Assembly (NCBI GenBank): GCA_963663165.1
Contig: OY760175.1
Span: 3,392,001-3,456,000, forward strand
Length of the DNA stretch: 64,000 nt
Direction of reading: 5' to 3'
Origin: an uncultured Desulfospira sp.
Lineage (GTDB): Bacteria > Desulfobacterota > Desulfobacteria > Desulfobacterales > Desulfobacteraceae
The translations under genes were made by a program, and so were the position numbers. Numbering within the stretch: the stretch's first letter is position 1; the number at the start of each line of letters is the position of its first letter. The notes under the pieces are model-generated. The model was given only the letters and a program-made list of their open reading frames with translations, had not been told where the DNA came from and made no database searches. This document shows, one piece after another, positions 1-9,125 of this stretch.

Positions 1-661
1 TCTCCGGGACCAGGAACATGCCCGGACCTTTGTTGACAACCTCATGGGGTTTCTCAATGACATCCTGGAAAAAAAAGATGAAATCCCCCCTAAGTCCAGA
101 CATTTTGAACAGGTGCCGGTCACCGAGATCATTAAAATCCTGCCCGGGACCAACTGCGGGGAATGCGGGCTGAAAACCTGCATGGCCTTCGCCGCCATGC
201 TTTCCAAACAGCGGGTTCATCCCCGGGACTGCCCCTATATGGCACAGCCCGTCCGGGAACAGATTACCTATCCGGTGCTGGACAAACAGGGCCGGCAGCT
301 TTCCCAGGTGACATTTCAGGTGGACCCGTCGCCCCCGTCCTTTGACGTTCCCCATACCCCTTTGGACAAAAAAGAGTCATCCCCCCATCCTGACCGGCCT
401 GAGCCCCTTTCTGATGCCACTTCCTTGAAAAAGGGCCCTCCCGGCAATGTCCGGAACATGGCACTTCCCGATCCCTTGAGCCCAAGAGAATTAGAAGTGC
501 TTTCCCACATGGGCCAGGGACTGACCAACCGGGAAATATCCGACGACCTCTGCATCAGCCCCCATACGGTCAAAACCCATGTGGTGAATATCTTTAACAA
601 GTTAGGTGTCAACCACAGAACCCAGGCGGTAGTGTGGGCTGCCAGGCAGGGACTCATATAA
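1..661 (+). CDS. Fe-S (CxxCxxxxC...CP, PF04060-like) domain fused to a C-terminal LuxR HTH; transcriptional regulator, probably 5'-truncated by the window edge
   Basis: LPGTNCGECGLKTCMAFA...CP motif plus LSPRELEVL...GLTNREIS..L.IS.HTVK.HV.NIF.KLGV..RTQAV. The frame is open from base 2 to the ATG at 44. Confidence 0.85.
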   Translation, partial: LRDQEHARTFVDNLMGFLNDILEKKDEIPPKSRHFEQVPVTEIIKILPGTNCGECGLKTCMAFAAMLSKQRVHPRDCPYMAQPVREQITYPVLDKQGRQLSQVTFQVDPSPPSFDVPHTPLDKKESSPHPDRPEPLSDATSLKKGPPGNVRNMALPDPLSPRELEVLSHMGQGLTNREISDDLCISPHTVKTHVVNIFNKLGVNHRTQAVVWAARQGLI

Positions 662-675
662 TTTTTTTTGCCAAA

Positions 676-693
676 ATCCCCTTTTTGGGGGAT
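676..693. promoter_or_regulatory. 18-bp imperfect palindrome ATCCCCTTTTTGGGGGAT, candidate LuxR-family operator
   Basis: Near-identical copy (16/18) at 21804-21821; both lie upstream of Cys-rich genes. Confidence 0.5.
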
Positions 694-737
694 GTGAATT
701 ACACCCTGATATGGCAAATTACCTGTAATATTTTTTA

Positions 738-829
738 TATGAAAGTCTCACTAACGTCCTGAGAAGACTTTCATTATTCGTTGTGGACCGGTTCTTGGTT
801 GGATAACCAAAGGCGGTCCGTGACCGTTA
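738..829 (+). repeat. ~90-bp two-hairpin dispersed element, copy 1
   Basis: TATGAAAGTCT...AGACTTTCAT and GGACCG..TTGGTT-GGAT-AACCAA..CGGTCC..CCGTTA; homologous to 33709-33800 and 53127-53304. Confidence 0.9.
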
Positions 830-858
830 TTGGACCCTAAAAAAGAAAAGGACCGGTT

Positions 859-1668
859 ATGTTTGCCAATGCAATGGAAGTATTCAAGCTTTTAGATAAA
901 TCAAATTGTAAAAAATGTAATGAACCCACATGCCTTGCTTTTGCGTCCAAGGTGTTTTTAGGAAAAAAAACCCTGGACATGTGCCCGTCCATTGATCCTG
1001 AAATCCTTAAACAGCATGCCCCTGACCCAGGCCACGGTGCCAAGGATGACAATAAGGATAAATTTATGGCGGATCTGAAGTCACAGCTTGCCCAATGCGA
1101 TCTTGAACAGGCCGCCAAAAGGATCGGGGGAAGTTATAAAAACGGGCGGCTCACCCTGAAAATATTTGGAAAGCCCTTTTCTTTGGATAACCAGGGGAAA
1201 ATTTATACCGATATTCATACCATTCCCTGGCTGGTGATCCCGGTATTGTCTTATGTGCTTTATGCCAAAGGGGAACCCCTGACAGGGAAGTGGATGGCTT
1301 ACAGGGAAATTGAAAACGCAAGGGAAAAAAACGGATTATTTGTGCAGCGCACGGAAAAACCCTTGCAGAAAATTGCCGATGCCCACCCCGGGCTGTTTGA
1401 AGACCTGGCCATGATCTTTAACGGCAGGCAAACAGACAACCTGTATGATTCGGACATTTCCATGGTAATGACGCCCCTGCCCCTGGTCCCGTTTCTGATT
1501 TGCTACTGGAAACCTGAAGAAGGGATGGAATCAGACCTTCGTATCTTTTTTGACTCTACCGCCTCGGTCAATGCCGGGGCCGATGCCGTGTTCAACCTGG
1601 CCGCCGGGACCGTCCGGATGTTTGAAAAACTGACAGATACCCATGGGTGGGAAAAAGCGGATATCTAA
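859..1668 (+). CDS. Fe-S domain + DUF3786 protein
   Basis: N-terminal [18 protein letters not shown]...CP; C-terminal PLPLVP..ICYW...E...S...IFFD typical of DUF3786. Confidence 0.8.
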   Translation: MFANAMEVFKLLDKSNCKKCNEPTCLAFASKVFLGKKTLDMCPSIDPEILKQHAPDPGHGAKDDNKDKFMADLKSQLAQCDLEQAAKRIGGSYKNGRLTLKIFGKPFSLDNQGKIYTDIHTIPWLVIPVLSYVLYAKGEPLTGKWMAYREIENAREKNGLFVQRTEKPLQKIADAHPGLFEDLAMIFNGRQTDNLYDSDISMVMTPLPLVPFLICYWKPEEGMESDLRIFFDSTASVNAGADAVFNLAAGTVRMFEKLTDTHGWEKADI

Positions 1669-1814
1669 AAATAACCACATAGATTCAATGCATTATTTTT
1701 TTCCTTTCCTTGACAAGAAGCGTTTTTCTGTCCTAACTTGGGGGAGAAAAAACAAAAAGCGTGTAAGTTTTCGCGGTTCATTCATTCAAATTTGAAACAA
1801 AAAAGGAGAAAAAG

Positions 1815-2798
1815 ATGAAAAAGACTTTTGTTATGGCTCTGGCCCTGCTGGTTGGCATCAGCTTTATGGTAACCGCCACCCCGACCACTGCTCAGGCAAA
1901 ACTCACCTTTGTCACCATCGGTACCGGCGGCATTACCGGGGTTTACTACCCCACGGGCGGCGCCATCGCCAAAATGGTCAATGCAAAGAGAAAAGAGTAC
2001 GGGATCCGGGCCACCGTGGAATCCACCGGCGGATCGGTTTTCAACATCAATGCCATCATGGCCGGGGACTTAGAATTCGGTGTGACCCAGTCCGACCGCC
2101 AGTACCAGGCATGGGAAGGGATTGCCGACTGGAAGGATAAGGGTCCCCAAAAGGACCTTAGGGCCGTATTCTCCATTCATCCGGAAACCGTTGACCTCAT
2201 CGCTGCCGTGGATGCGGGGATTAACACCCTCCAGGACCTTAAAGGCAAACGGGTCAATGTGGGCAACGTGGGATCCGGGTACCGGAAAAACGCCATTGAC
2301 GCCCTGACCGCCAACGGCATTGATTTTGAAAAAGACTTTCATGCCGAAAGCCTTAAAGCCGCAGAAGCCCCCGGGCTGATCCAGGACAACCGGATTGATG
2401 CCGCATTTTATACGGTGGGCCATCCCAGCGGATACTACAAAGAGGCCACCTCCGGTACCCGGAAGGTGAAATTTATTCCCGTCACGGGCATTGACAGCCT
2501 GCTGGCCAAATATCCCTACTATGCCAAAGCCGTGACCCTGGTCACCCAGTATTATCCGGGTGCCGCCAACACAGAAGACGTGCCCACCTTTGGCGTGAAA
2601 GCCACCTTTGTCACATCGGCCAAAGTGGCGGACGATGTGGTTTACGCCATTGTCAAAGAAGTTTTTGATAATTTCGAGGATTTTAAGAAGCTTCATCCCG
2701 CCTATGCCGGCCTGACCAAAGAAAGTATGTTGGAAGGCCTGTCTGCACCATTTCATCCCGGCGCTTTGAAATACTATAAAGAAGTCGGGCTCAAGTAA
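1815..2798 (+). CDS. TAXI-family TRAP transporter solute-binding protein
   Basis: Signal peptide; IGTGG.TGVYYP.GG, STGGSV.N and HPGA..YYKE motifs; TTGACA at 1710 and an AGGAG RBS upstream. Confidence 0.93.
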   Translation: MKKTFVMALALLVGISFMVTATPTTAQAKLTFVTIGTGGITGVYYPTGGAIAKMVNAKRKEYGIRATVESTGGSVFNINAIMAGDLEFGVTQSDRQYQAWEGIADWKDKGPQKDLRAVFSIHPETVDLIAAVDAGINTLQDLKGKRVNVGNVGSGYRKNAIDALTANGIDFEKDFHAESLKAAEAPGLIQDNRIDAAFYTVGHPSGYYKEATSGTRKVKFIPVTGIDSLLAKYPYYAKAVTLVTQYYPGAANTEDVPTFGVKATFVTSAKVADDVVYAIVKEVFDNFEDFKKLHPAYAGLTKESMLEGLSAPFHPGALKYYKEVGLK

Positions 2799-2818
2799 AT
2801 CTTTAGCGTGTTATATTG

Positions 2819-2854
2819 CGGGCAACGGCTCACCGGCAGCCGCTGCCCGTTTTC
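2819..2854 (+). terminator. Hairpin after the binding-protein gene (partial terminator or mRNA stabiliser)
   Basis: CGGGCAACGGCT...AGCCGCTGCCCG followed by TTTT. Confidence 0.55.
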
Positions 2855-2934
2855 ATACAGTGCATTGGGAATGGCGCAGCCTTCCTGATGCCGGCAACCC
2901 TTATTTCACCTTTTGAGGATATGGGACCTGCATC

Positions 2935-4992
2935 ATGAGTAGAATTACCATTGACGAACAGGATGACGGCCTGGAAATTGCCAGGCGGATGGCTGAAGAA
3001 GAAGAGGGAATGGGGCGCAGGCCTGAAGGGTTGTCCCGGTGGGTTATCCCGTCGGTATGCGTGGCATGGAGCGCTTTTCAACTGTCCATTGCCAGCTGGC
3101 TGATCCTGGATTCCACATTCATCCGGGCCATTCATTTAGGGTTTGCCCTCCTGGTGGTCTATCTGAACTACCCTATGTTTAAAAAAACCAAACTGGGCTT
3201 AAACTTCCTGGCCAGCAAAAACAAAATTCTTCTCATTGATTATGTCATTGCCATTGTTGCCGCATTTTCAGCGTTATATATTGCCATTGATTTTGAAGGG
3301 ATGACCCTTCGCTACGGGTCGCCCATTTTCAGGGACCTGGCCCTGGGGGCACTGCTGGTGGTCCTCTTGCTGGAGGCCACCCGTCGGGTCATTGGTCCTG
3401 CCCTGCCGGTTATCGGCATTGCCTTTATTGCCTATGCCTTTTTGGGACCCCATATGCCGGACCTCATCGCTTTTAAAGGGGTCTCTTTGAACCGTTTTGT
3501 AGGCCAGATGACCATGTCCACGGAAGGCATTTACGGGATTCCCCTGGATGTATCGGCCACCATCGTGTTTCTCTTTGTCCTGTTCGGGGCCATGCTGGAC
3601 AAGGCGGGTGCCGGCCACTATTTCATCCAGCTGGCACTCAGCCTTCTGGGGGGATTTAAAGGCGGGCCGGCCAAGGCGGCCATCCTGGGCAGCGGGCTGA
3701 CCGGCCTGGTTTCAGGCTCCAGTATTGCCAACATCGTTACCACCGGAACCTTTACCATCCCCCTGATGAAAAAGGTGGGATATCCGGCCAAAAAGGCGGC
3801 CGCCATAGAGGTGGCCGCCAGTACCGACGGGCAGCTGGCCCCGCCCATCATGGGGGCGGCCGCCTTTATCATAGCCGAATACGTCAATGTCCCTTATGTG
3901 GAGGTCATCAAGGCCGCGGCTGTGCCGGCCTTTGCCTCCTACGCAGCCCTGTTTTACATCACCCACATTGAAGCCTCCAAACTGGGTTTAAGGGGCATGC
4001 CCAAAGCAGAGCTCCCCCCGTTTTTCAAAACCCTGATTTCCGGGGCCCATTACCTGTTGCCCTTATGTCTGTTGCTCTATGAACTGATTGTGGTCCGGCA
4101 CTCGCCGGAACTCGCCGCCTTCCGGGCCATCTGGCTGATGGCGCTGGTCATGCTGATCCAGCACCCGGTCCGGGCCTTTTTGGGCAGACAGCCCATGGGA
4201 CCGGCCTTCAGGCAAAGTATTGAGGATATTTTTTCAGCCCTTGCCACGGGCGCCCGGAACATGGTGTCCGTGGCCCTTGCCACGGCGGCTGCCGGAATCA
4301 TTGTGGGCGTGGTGGCCTTGGGGCTTGGCCAGTTGATCACGGCCATTATCGACACCCTGTCCGGGGGCAACATCTTTTTTATGCTCATCATTACCGCCAT
4401 GGCCAGCCTGATTATCGGCATGGGGCTGCCCACCACGGCCACCTATATTGTCATGGCGTCTTTAACGGCGCCGGCCATCGTGGATATCGGGGCCATGAAC
4501 GACTTTATCGTCCCCTTGATGTCAGCCCACCTGTTCTGTTTTTACTTTGGGATCCTGGCCGATGACACCCCGCCGGTAGGGCTTGCCGCCTATGCGGCCG
4601 CAGCCATTGCCAAGTCACCGCCCATTCCTACGGGGATCCAGGGGTTTATGTACGATATCCGAACTGCTATCCTGCCCTTTATGTTCATTTTCAATGCCGA
4701 TCTGATCCTTGACAACGTTTACAGCTGGCCCCAAGGAATTTTGATCTTTTTAATGGCATGCATGGGAAATTTCGCTTTTGCCTCGGCCACCCAGGGGTGG
4801 TTTGTGGCCAAAAACAAGATCTGGGAAATTCCGTTATTTCTTTGCGTAACCCTTATTCTGATGCGGCCGGACCTGATCGCCTCCCTGGCGGGTATTCCCC
4901 AGGATCAGCGGTACTGGATGTATCTGGCCGGGTTAGCGCTTTTCGGATTGCTTTATTTGATCCAGCGGCCAAGAAGGCCGGTCGATGCGTGA
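2935..4992 (+). CDS. TRAP transporter fused 4TM/12TM membrane protein
   Basis: Highly hydrophobic; GGPAKAA, PPIMGAAAF, GMGLPTTA.Y and TPPV motifs. Confidence 0.93.
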   Translation: MSRITIDEQDDGLEIARRMAEEEEGMGRRPEGLSRWVIPSVCVAWSAFQLSIASWLILDSTFIRAIHLGFALLVVYLNYPMFKKTKLGLNFLASKNKILLIDYVIAIVAAFSALYIAIDFEGMTLRYGSPIFRDLALGALLVVLLLEATRRVIGPALPVIGIAFIAYAFLGPHMPDLIAFKGVSLNRFVGQMTMSTEGIYGIPLDVSATIVFLFVLFGAMLDKAGAGHYFIQLALSLLGGFKGGPAKAAILGSGLTGLVSGSSIANIVTTGTFTIPLMKKVGYPAKKAAAIEVAASTDGQLAPPIMGAAAFIIAEYVNVPYVEVIKAAAVPAFASYAALFYITHIEASKLGLRGMPKAELPPFFKTLISGAHYLLPLCLLLYELIVVRHSPELAAFRAIWLMALVMLIQHPVRAFLGRQPMGPAFRQSIEDIFSALATGARNMVSVALATAAAGIIVGVVALGLGQLITAIIDTLSGGNIFFMLIITAMASLIIGMGLPTTATYIVMASLTAPAIVDIGAMNDFIVPLMSAHLFCFYFGILADDTPPVGLAAYAAAAIAKSPPIPTGIQGFMYDIRTAILPFMFIFNADLILDNVYSWPQGILIFLMACMGNFAFASATQGWFVAKNKIWEIPLFLCVTLILMRPDLIASLAGIPQDQRYWMYLAGLALFGLLYLIQRPRRPVDA

Positions 4993-5094
4993 AACCAAAG
5001 TTATCCATTTTTTCGTGGCCTTGTATCTTAAGTATATATAGCCCAAATACAGGCTCGGGTTTATAAACCAACCCTAAAAAAGGAGTGGCCCCTC

Positions 5095-5583
5095 ATGGTG
5101 AAAAAAATTCTGGTTGCCCTGGAGTTTGCGGACTATACCAAGGAAACCTTTGACTATGCGGTAAGTATTGCCGACCGCTTTGACGCCGAACTGATCATCG
5201 CCAGCGTTATCAACCACAGGGATGTCGAAGCGGTGAGTGCGATCTCCGCCATGGGATACAAGGTAGACGGCGAACACTACATCAAGGGCGTCAAAGAAGA
5301 ACGGCGGAAAATGCTCGAAGACATCCTGGAAACTTCCCCTTACACCCACGACCACATCCGCCTGGTTTTCAAGGTAGGCCATCCCGTGGAAAAACTGCTG
5401 GGTATCATTGTTCAGGAAGATGTGGACCTTGTGGTCATGGGGGTCAAGGGCCGAACCGATGCCAAAGCCGTGCTCATCGGTTCTGTTGCGGAAAAAATCT
5501 TCAGGAAATCACCGGTCCCGGTGGTCTCTTTCCGGGACCCCAAAAGCGCTGAACGGCTCAGAAAGCGGATTCACATCGATTAA
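5095..5583 (+). CDS. Universal stress protein (UspA family)
   Basis: KILVA...DLVVMG..G......IGSVAEKI.R.SPVPV; Usp genes commonly accompany TAXI-TRAP operons. Confidence 0.9.
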   Translation: MVKKILVALEFADYTKETFDYAVSIADRFDAELIIASVINHRDVEAVSAISAMGYKVDGEHYIKGVKEERRKMLEDILETSPYTHDHIRLVFKVGHPVEKLLGIIVQEDVDLVVMGVKGRTDAKAVLIGSVAEKIFRKSPVPVVSFRDPKSAERLRKRIHID

Positions 5584-6425
5584 ATCATATCCAGAATCCG
5601 GTCCTTGTTTTTCTTATCCAGCCCCAGGATCTGCCGGGCCTCGTCCGGGCCGGCAATGGGTCTTCCCACGGTTTTGGCAATGGCGGCAACCGCTTCTACC
5701 AGCTTGGGGTTGGAGGCCTTGGACCCGTCGGGCATAAACAGATTGTCCTCTAGACCGACCCTGACATGGCCGCCCATGGCGATGGCGGCGGCGGCCAGGG
5801 GGATTTCATTTCTTCCAATGCCCGATACGGTCCAGGTGGCGCCTTCAGGGATACTGTCGCTTAAGAAAACCAGGTTTCTCACGCTACCCGGCATGGACCC
5901 CGGGGCCCCCAAAACAAAATTAAAGTGCAGGGGAGCGGTCAAATACCCTTTCTTTAAAAGAAACCGCGCGTTATTGATCATGCCGGCTTCAAAAATCTCG
6001 ATTTCCGGCTTTACCCCGGTTTCCTGAAAGACCTTTGCCAGAAACTCAATGAACGGGGGGGAATTTTCATAAATAATCCCGGGAAGGTTGTTGGAGCCGG
6101 TGGTAAATGATCCCATTTCCGGCAGCAGCCTGACTGGACAGGCTCTGTCCTCCCAGTCTTTTCCGGCCCTGGCCCCTGTGGACAGCTGGACAATCACATC
6201 CGGGCAGGCCTGTTTAACCTCTCTTGCAATGGCTTTATATACCTCAATATCCAGGCTGGGCTTTTCCTTTGCATCTCTGGCATGAATATGAAACAGGGCA
6301 GCGCCGGCATCGGCACAGGCTTTGACATCCCGGGCAATCTGTTCCGGGGTAACCGGCAGGGCCGGGTTCATCTCCCGGGTGGGCACATTTCCGGTTAAAG
6401 CGGTTGTAATGATTAATTTTTCCAA
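5580..6425 (-). CDS. Beta-keto acid cleavage enzyme (BKACE/DUF849, Kce-like)
   Basis: KLIITTALTG, P.LPVTPEQIA, HIHARD, STG, KPEIEIF and GGHVRVGLEDN motifs; probable TTG start at 6425 after AAAGGTGG. Confidence 0.9.
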   Translation of the reverse strand: MEKLIITTALTGNVPTREMNPALPVTPEQIARDVKACADAGAALFHIHARDAKEKPSLDIEVYKAIAREVKQACPDVIVQLSTGARAGKDWEDRACPVRLLPEMGSFTTGSNNLPGIIYENSPPFIEFLAKVFQETGVKPEIEIFEAGMINNARFLLKKGYLTAPLHFNFVLGAPGSMPGSVRNLVFLSDSIPEGATWTVSGIGRNEIPLAAAAIAMGGHVRVGLEDNLFMPDGSKASNPKLVEAVAAIAKTVGRPIAGPDEARQILGLDKKNKDRILDMI

Positions 6426-6474
6426 AAGAATCCACCTTTCTGCATCCAAGTCGCTGATAGTTTAAACAGCGGAA

Positions 6475-6522
6475 TGTAATGTTCGTTATATTTTTTTAGA
6501 AAATAATGTAATATCTATTGCA
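6475..6522. promoter_or_regulatory. Two TGTAA-N6-TTRYA sites, candidate RpiR operators
   Basis: TGTAATGTTCGTTATA (6475-6490) and TGTAATATCTATTGCA (6507-6522), 32 bp apart in a divergent promoter. Confidence 0.5.
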
Positions 6523-6583
6523 GGTCAAGTTTTATTTTGGTACAGTCGGTTCTAACAGGCAACGACATATAAGAACGAAACTT

Positions 6584-7498
6584 ATGCTTAACCCAGACTT
6601 GCTCATTTCCCAGAAACCCCTTCCCCACCTGACGCCTGCCCAGGAAAAGATACTTGAATTCCTGCTTGCCCGGCCTGACAAGGTCGCCTATATGAGCAGC
6701 GCTGAGCTTGCCGAGTCCCTTTCCATGTCCAATGCCACCGTGGTCCGGTTCTGCCAGCATATCGGCTTTAAAGGGTACATAGACCTTCAACGACACATCA
6801 GAGAACTGATCAAGGCCAGACTCACCCTGCCCCAGCGGATCCAGAAAAAATCCCCCCATATCAGGGAAACCGCAGACATCTTAAGAACTGTCCTGAAAAG
6901 TGACCAGGCCAACCTCTCCGCTGTCATGAAAAATGTATCCCCTTTGCTGTTTGAAACGCTGGTCCATGAAATTCACCAACGCCGGGAAATCTGGGTCCTG
7001 GGGCTGCGCTCATTTTTCGGTCCGGCCCACAGCTTTGCCACCACCCTGGGGTTTCTGGCCAGGAAGGCCCATTTAATTACCCTGGATGCCGGCACGGTCT
7101 GGGATTATATCCAGCCCGGGCTCAATAAGGAGGCCCTTTTGGTTGCCATCTCCTTTCCCCGTTACTGCACGCTCACCCTTGACATTGCCCGGCAGTTTTT
7201 TGAAGAAGGGGCCACGGTGGCCGCCATTACCGACTCGGTCTCTTCTCCGCTGGCCCGGCACAGCAGCCTGGTGATTCCGTTGCCCTGCTGGATTGATTCG
7301 TTTTTTGAATCCTCGGTGGCGGTGACCGGTTTTTTTAACGCCGTGCTGGCCGGCGTTTCATACCTTGACGGGGCAAAAACCATGTCAAGGCTCCAGCATT
7401 TAGAAGAGATCTGGACCCGGAAGGGGGTCTATCTTTACCCTGACGCGGGACCTTCTCCTTCCTGGGCAGACCAGTTTACCGACAACCCTGAACCCTGA
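6584..7498 (+). CDS. MurR/RpiR-family regulator (HTH + SIS)
   Basis: LTPAQEKI...ELAE...S.ATVVRFC..IGFKGY; ISFPRY; AITDS..SPLA. The ATG at 6584 is preferred. Confidence 0.9.
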   Translation: MLNPDLLISQKPLPHLTPAQEKILEFLLARPDKVAYMSSAELAESLSMSNATVVRFCQHIGFKGYIDLQRHIRELIKARLTLPQRIQKKSPHIRETADILRTVLKSDQANLSAVMKNVSPLLFETLVHEIHQRREIWVLGLRSFFGPAHSFATTLGFLARKAHLITLDAGTVWDYIQPGLNKEALLVAISFPRYCTLTLDIARQFFEEGATVAAITDSVSSPLARHSSLVIPLPCWIDSFFESSVAVTGFFNAVLAGVSYLDGAKTMSRLQHLEEIWTRKGVYLYPDAGPSPSWADQFTDNPEP

Positions 7499-7508
7499 GG
7501 AACAAAAA

Positions 7509-8882
7509 ATGGGATTTGGAAGAACCATCCCCAGAAATTTTCTGGCCAACAACCCAAGAGCCGTAGAAGCCCACGGCATCTACATCTATGATGAACATGG
7601 AAAAGATTATATCGACGGCTGCTCGGGCGCCCTGGTGTCCAACCTGGGCCACGGCATCGATCAGATCATCGACGACATTGCCTATCAAATGAAACACCTG
7701 GATTTTGCCCACCCGTCCCGGTGGAACCACAGTGCCTGCCAGGATGCGGCAGACCAGATCTGCGAACTGACCCCTGAAGGTATCAACTACTGCTGGTTTG
7801 TCTCAGGCGGTTCCGAGGCCGTGGAATCCGCCGTTAAAATGGCCCGCCAGTACTATGTGGAACGGGACGGAAAAGACAGCCCCAAGTTCAAGCTGATCAG
7901 CCGGCACTGTTCCTACCACGGGGCCACCATCGGCACCATGTCCGTGGGCGGCAGTTCCAAGAGGACCGACGCATTCCAGCCGCTGCTCAACCCGTCTGCC
8001 AAGATTCCGGCCACCTATCTCTACCGGAAACCGGCTGACATGACAGCGGCCGAGTTTAACCGGCACTGCATTTTATCCCTTGAAGAGGCCATCATCGAGC
8101 AGGGCCCGGAGAATGTCATGGCCTTTATTGCCGAGCCCATTGTGGGGTCCGCCGGCGGGGCCATCATGCCCGACGATACCTACTGGCCCGGTATCCGGCG
8201 TATCTGTGACAAGTATGACGTGCTGCTCATTGCCGATGAGGTCATGACCGGGTTTGGCCGGACGGGCAAGGCCTTTGGGGTGGACCACTGGCAGGTGGTG
8301 CCCGATATCATTGCCTCGGCCAAGGGCATGGCTGCCGGCTATGTTCCCACCGGGGGCATTTTTGTCAAAGAAACCATTATTGATGTGATCAAACAGGGCA
8401 GCAGCCGCTTTATCCACGGCCACACCTATAATTCTAATCCGGTTTCCTGCCGGGCTGTGGCCAGCGTCCTTGCCTATATCAGGGCCCACAACCTGATTGA
8501 AGAAACCTGGAAAAACGGAAAGCTTCTGGGGGCAGGCCTCAAGGAACTGGCCGGACAAAGCCCCTATATCGGTGATGTCCGGGGAACCGGATTTATGTGG
8601 GCCATGGAAATTGTCCATGACAAGGAAACCAAACAGCCCTTTGCTTCAGAAGAAAACGCCGGGGAAAGGGCCTTATCCGCCTGCCTTGATGCGGGCCTCA
8701 TTGTTTACCCCGGCGGATGCCACATCAACGGGGTGGACACCAGCATCTTTCTGATTGCCCCTCCCCTGGTCACCACCCCCGAAGAGATAGGCAAACTTCT
8801 GGACCGACTGGGAACCGGCCTCAAAACCTTCAGCGCGGACATGAACGCCCGGCATCGAAAGCTTGAAAACTTGCCGGCTTGA
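7509..8882 (+). CDS. Class III PLP aminotransferase
   Basis: SGGSEAVE, SYHG, FIAEPIVG, LIADEVMTGFGRTG, PDII..AKG and HGHTY motifs. Confidence 0.92.
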   Translation: MGFGRTIPRNFLANNPRAVEAHGIYIYDEHGKDYIDGCSGALVSNLGHGIDQIIDDIAYQMKHLDFAHPSRWNHSACQDAADQICELTPEGINYCWFVSGGSEAVESAVKMARQYYVERDGKDSPKFKLISRHCSYHGATIGTMSVGGSSKRTDAFQPLLNPSAKIPATYLYRKPADMTAAEFNRHCILSLEEAIIEQGPENVMAFIAEPIVGSAGGAIMPDDTYWPGIRRICDKYDVLLIADEVMTGFGRTGKAFGVDHWQVVPDIIASAKGMAAGYVPTGGIFVKETIIDVIKQGSSRFIHGHTYNSNPVSCRAVASVLAYIRAHNLIEETWKNGKLLGAGLKELAGQSPYIGDVRGTGFMWAMEIVHDKETKQPFASEENAGERALSACLDAGLIVYPGGCHINGVDTSIFLIAPPLVTTPEEIGKLLDRLGTGLKTFSADMNARHRKLENLPA

Positions 8883-8977
8883 CAGAAAAAAAGCCTGTAG
8901 CACTAATGGTTCCCAGGAAGGTTCCGTGTAATCTTCCGACTGTTTGATTGATCTGTGCGGATAATAATGTATAAAAT

Positions 8978-9062
8978 TGGGACTTGGGATATGGGACTTG
9001 GGACTTGGGGAGGCCATGGATACGGCAATCCCCAAGTCCCATATCCCAAGTCCAAAGTCCAT
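8978..9062. repeat. Inverted arrays of heptamer TGGGACT / AGTCCCA
   Basis: About 5 units per arm separated by a short spacer, between convergent genes. Confidence 0.85.
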
Positions 9063-9125
9063 TTTTTTAGATATACCTTATTCCCATACATCCAATCACC
9101 CTGGGCTGCCCGCCCCGCCATCCCC

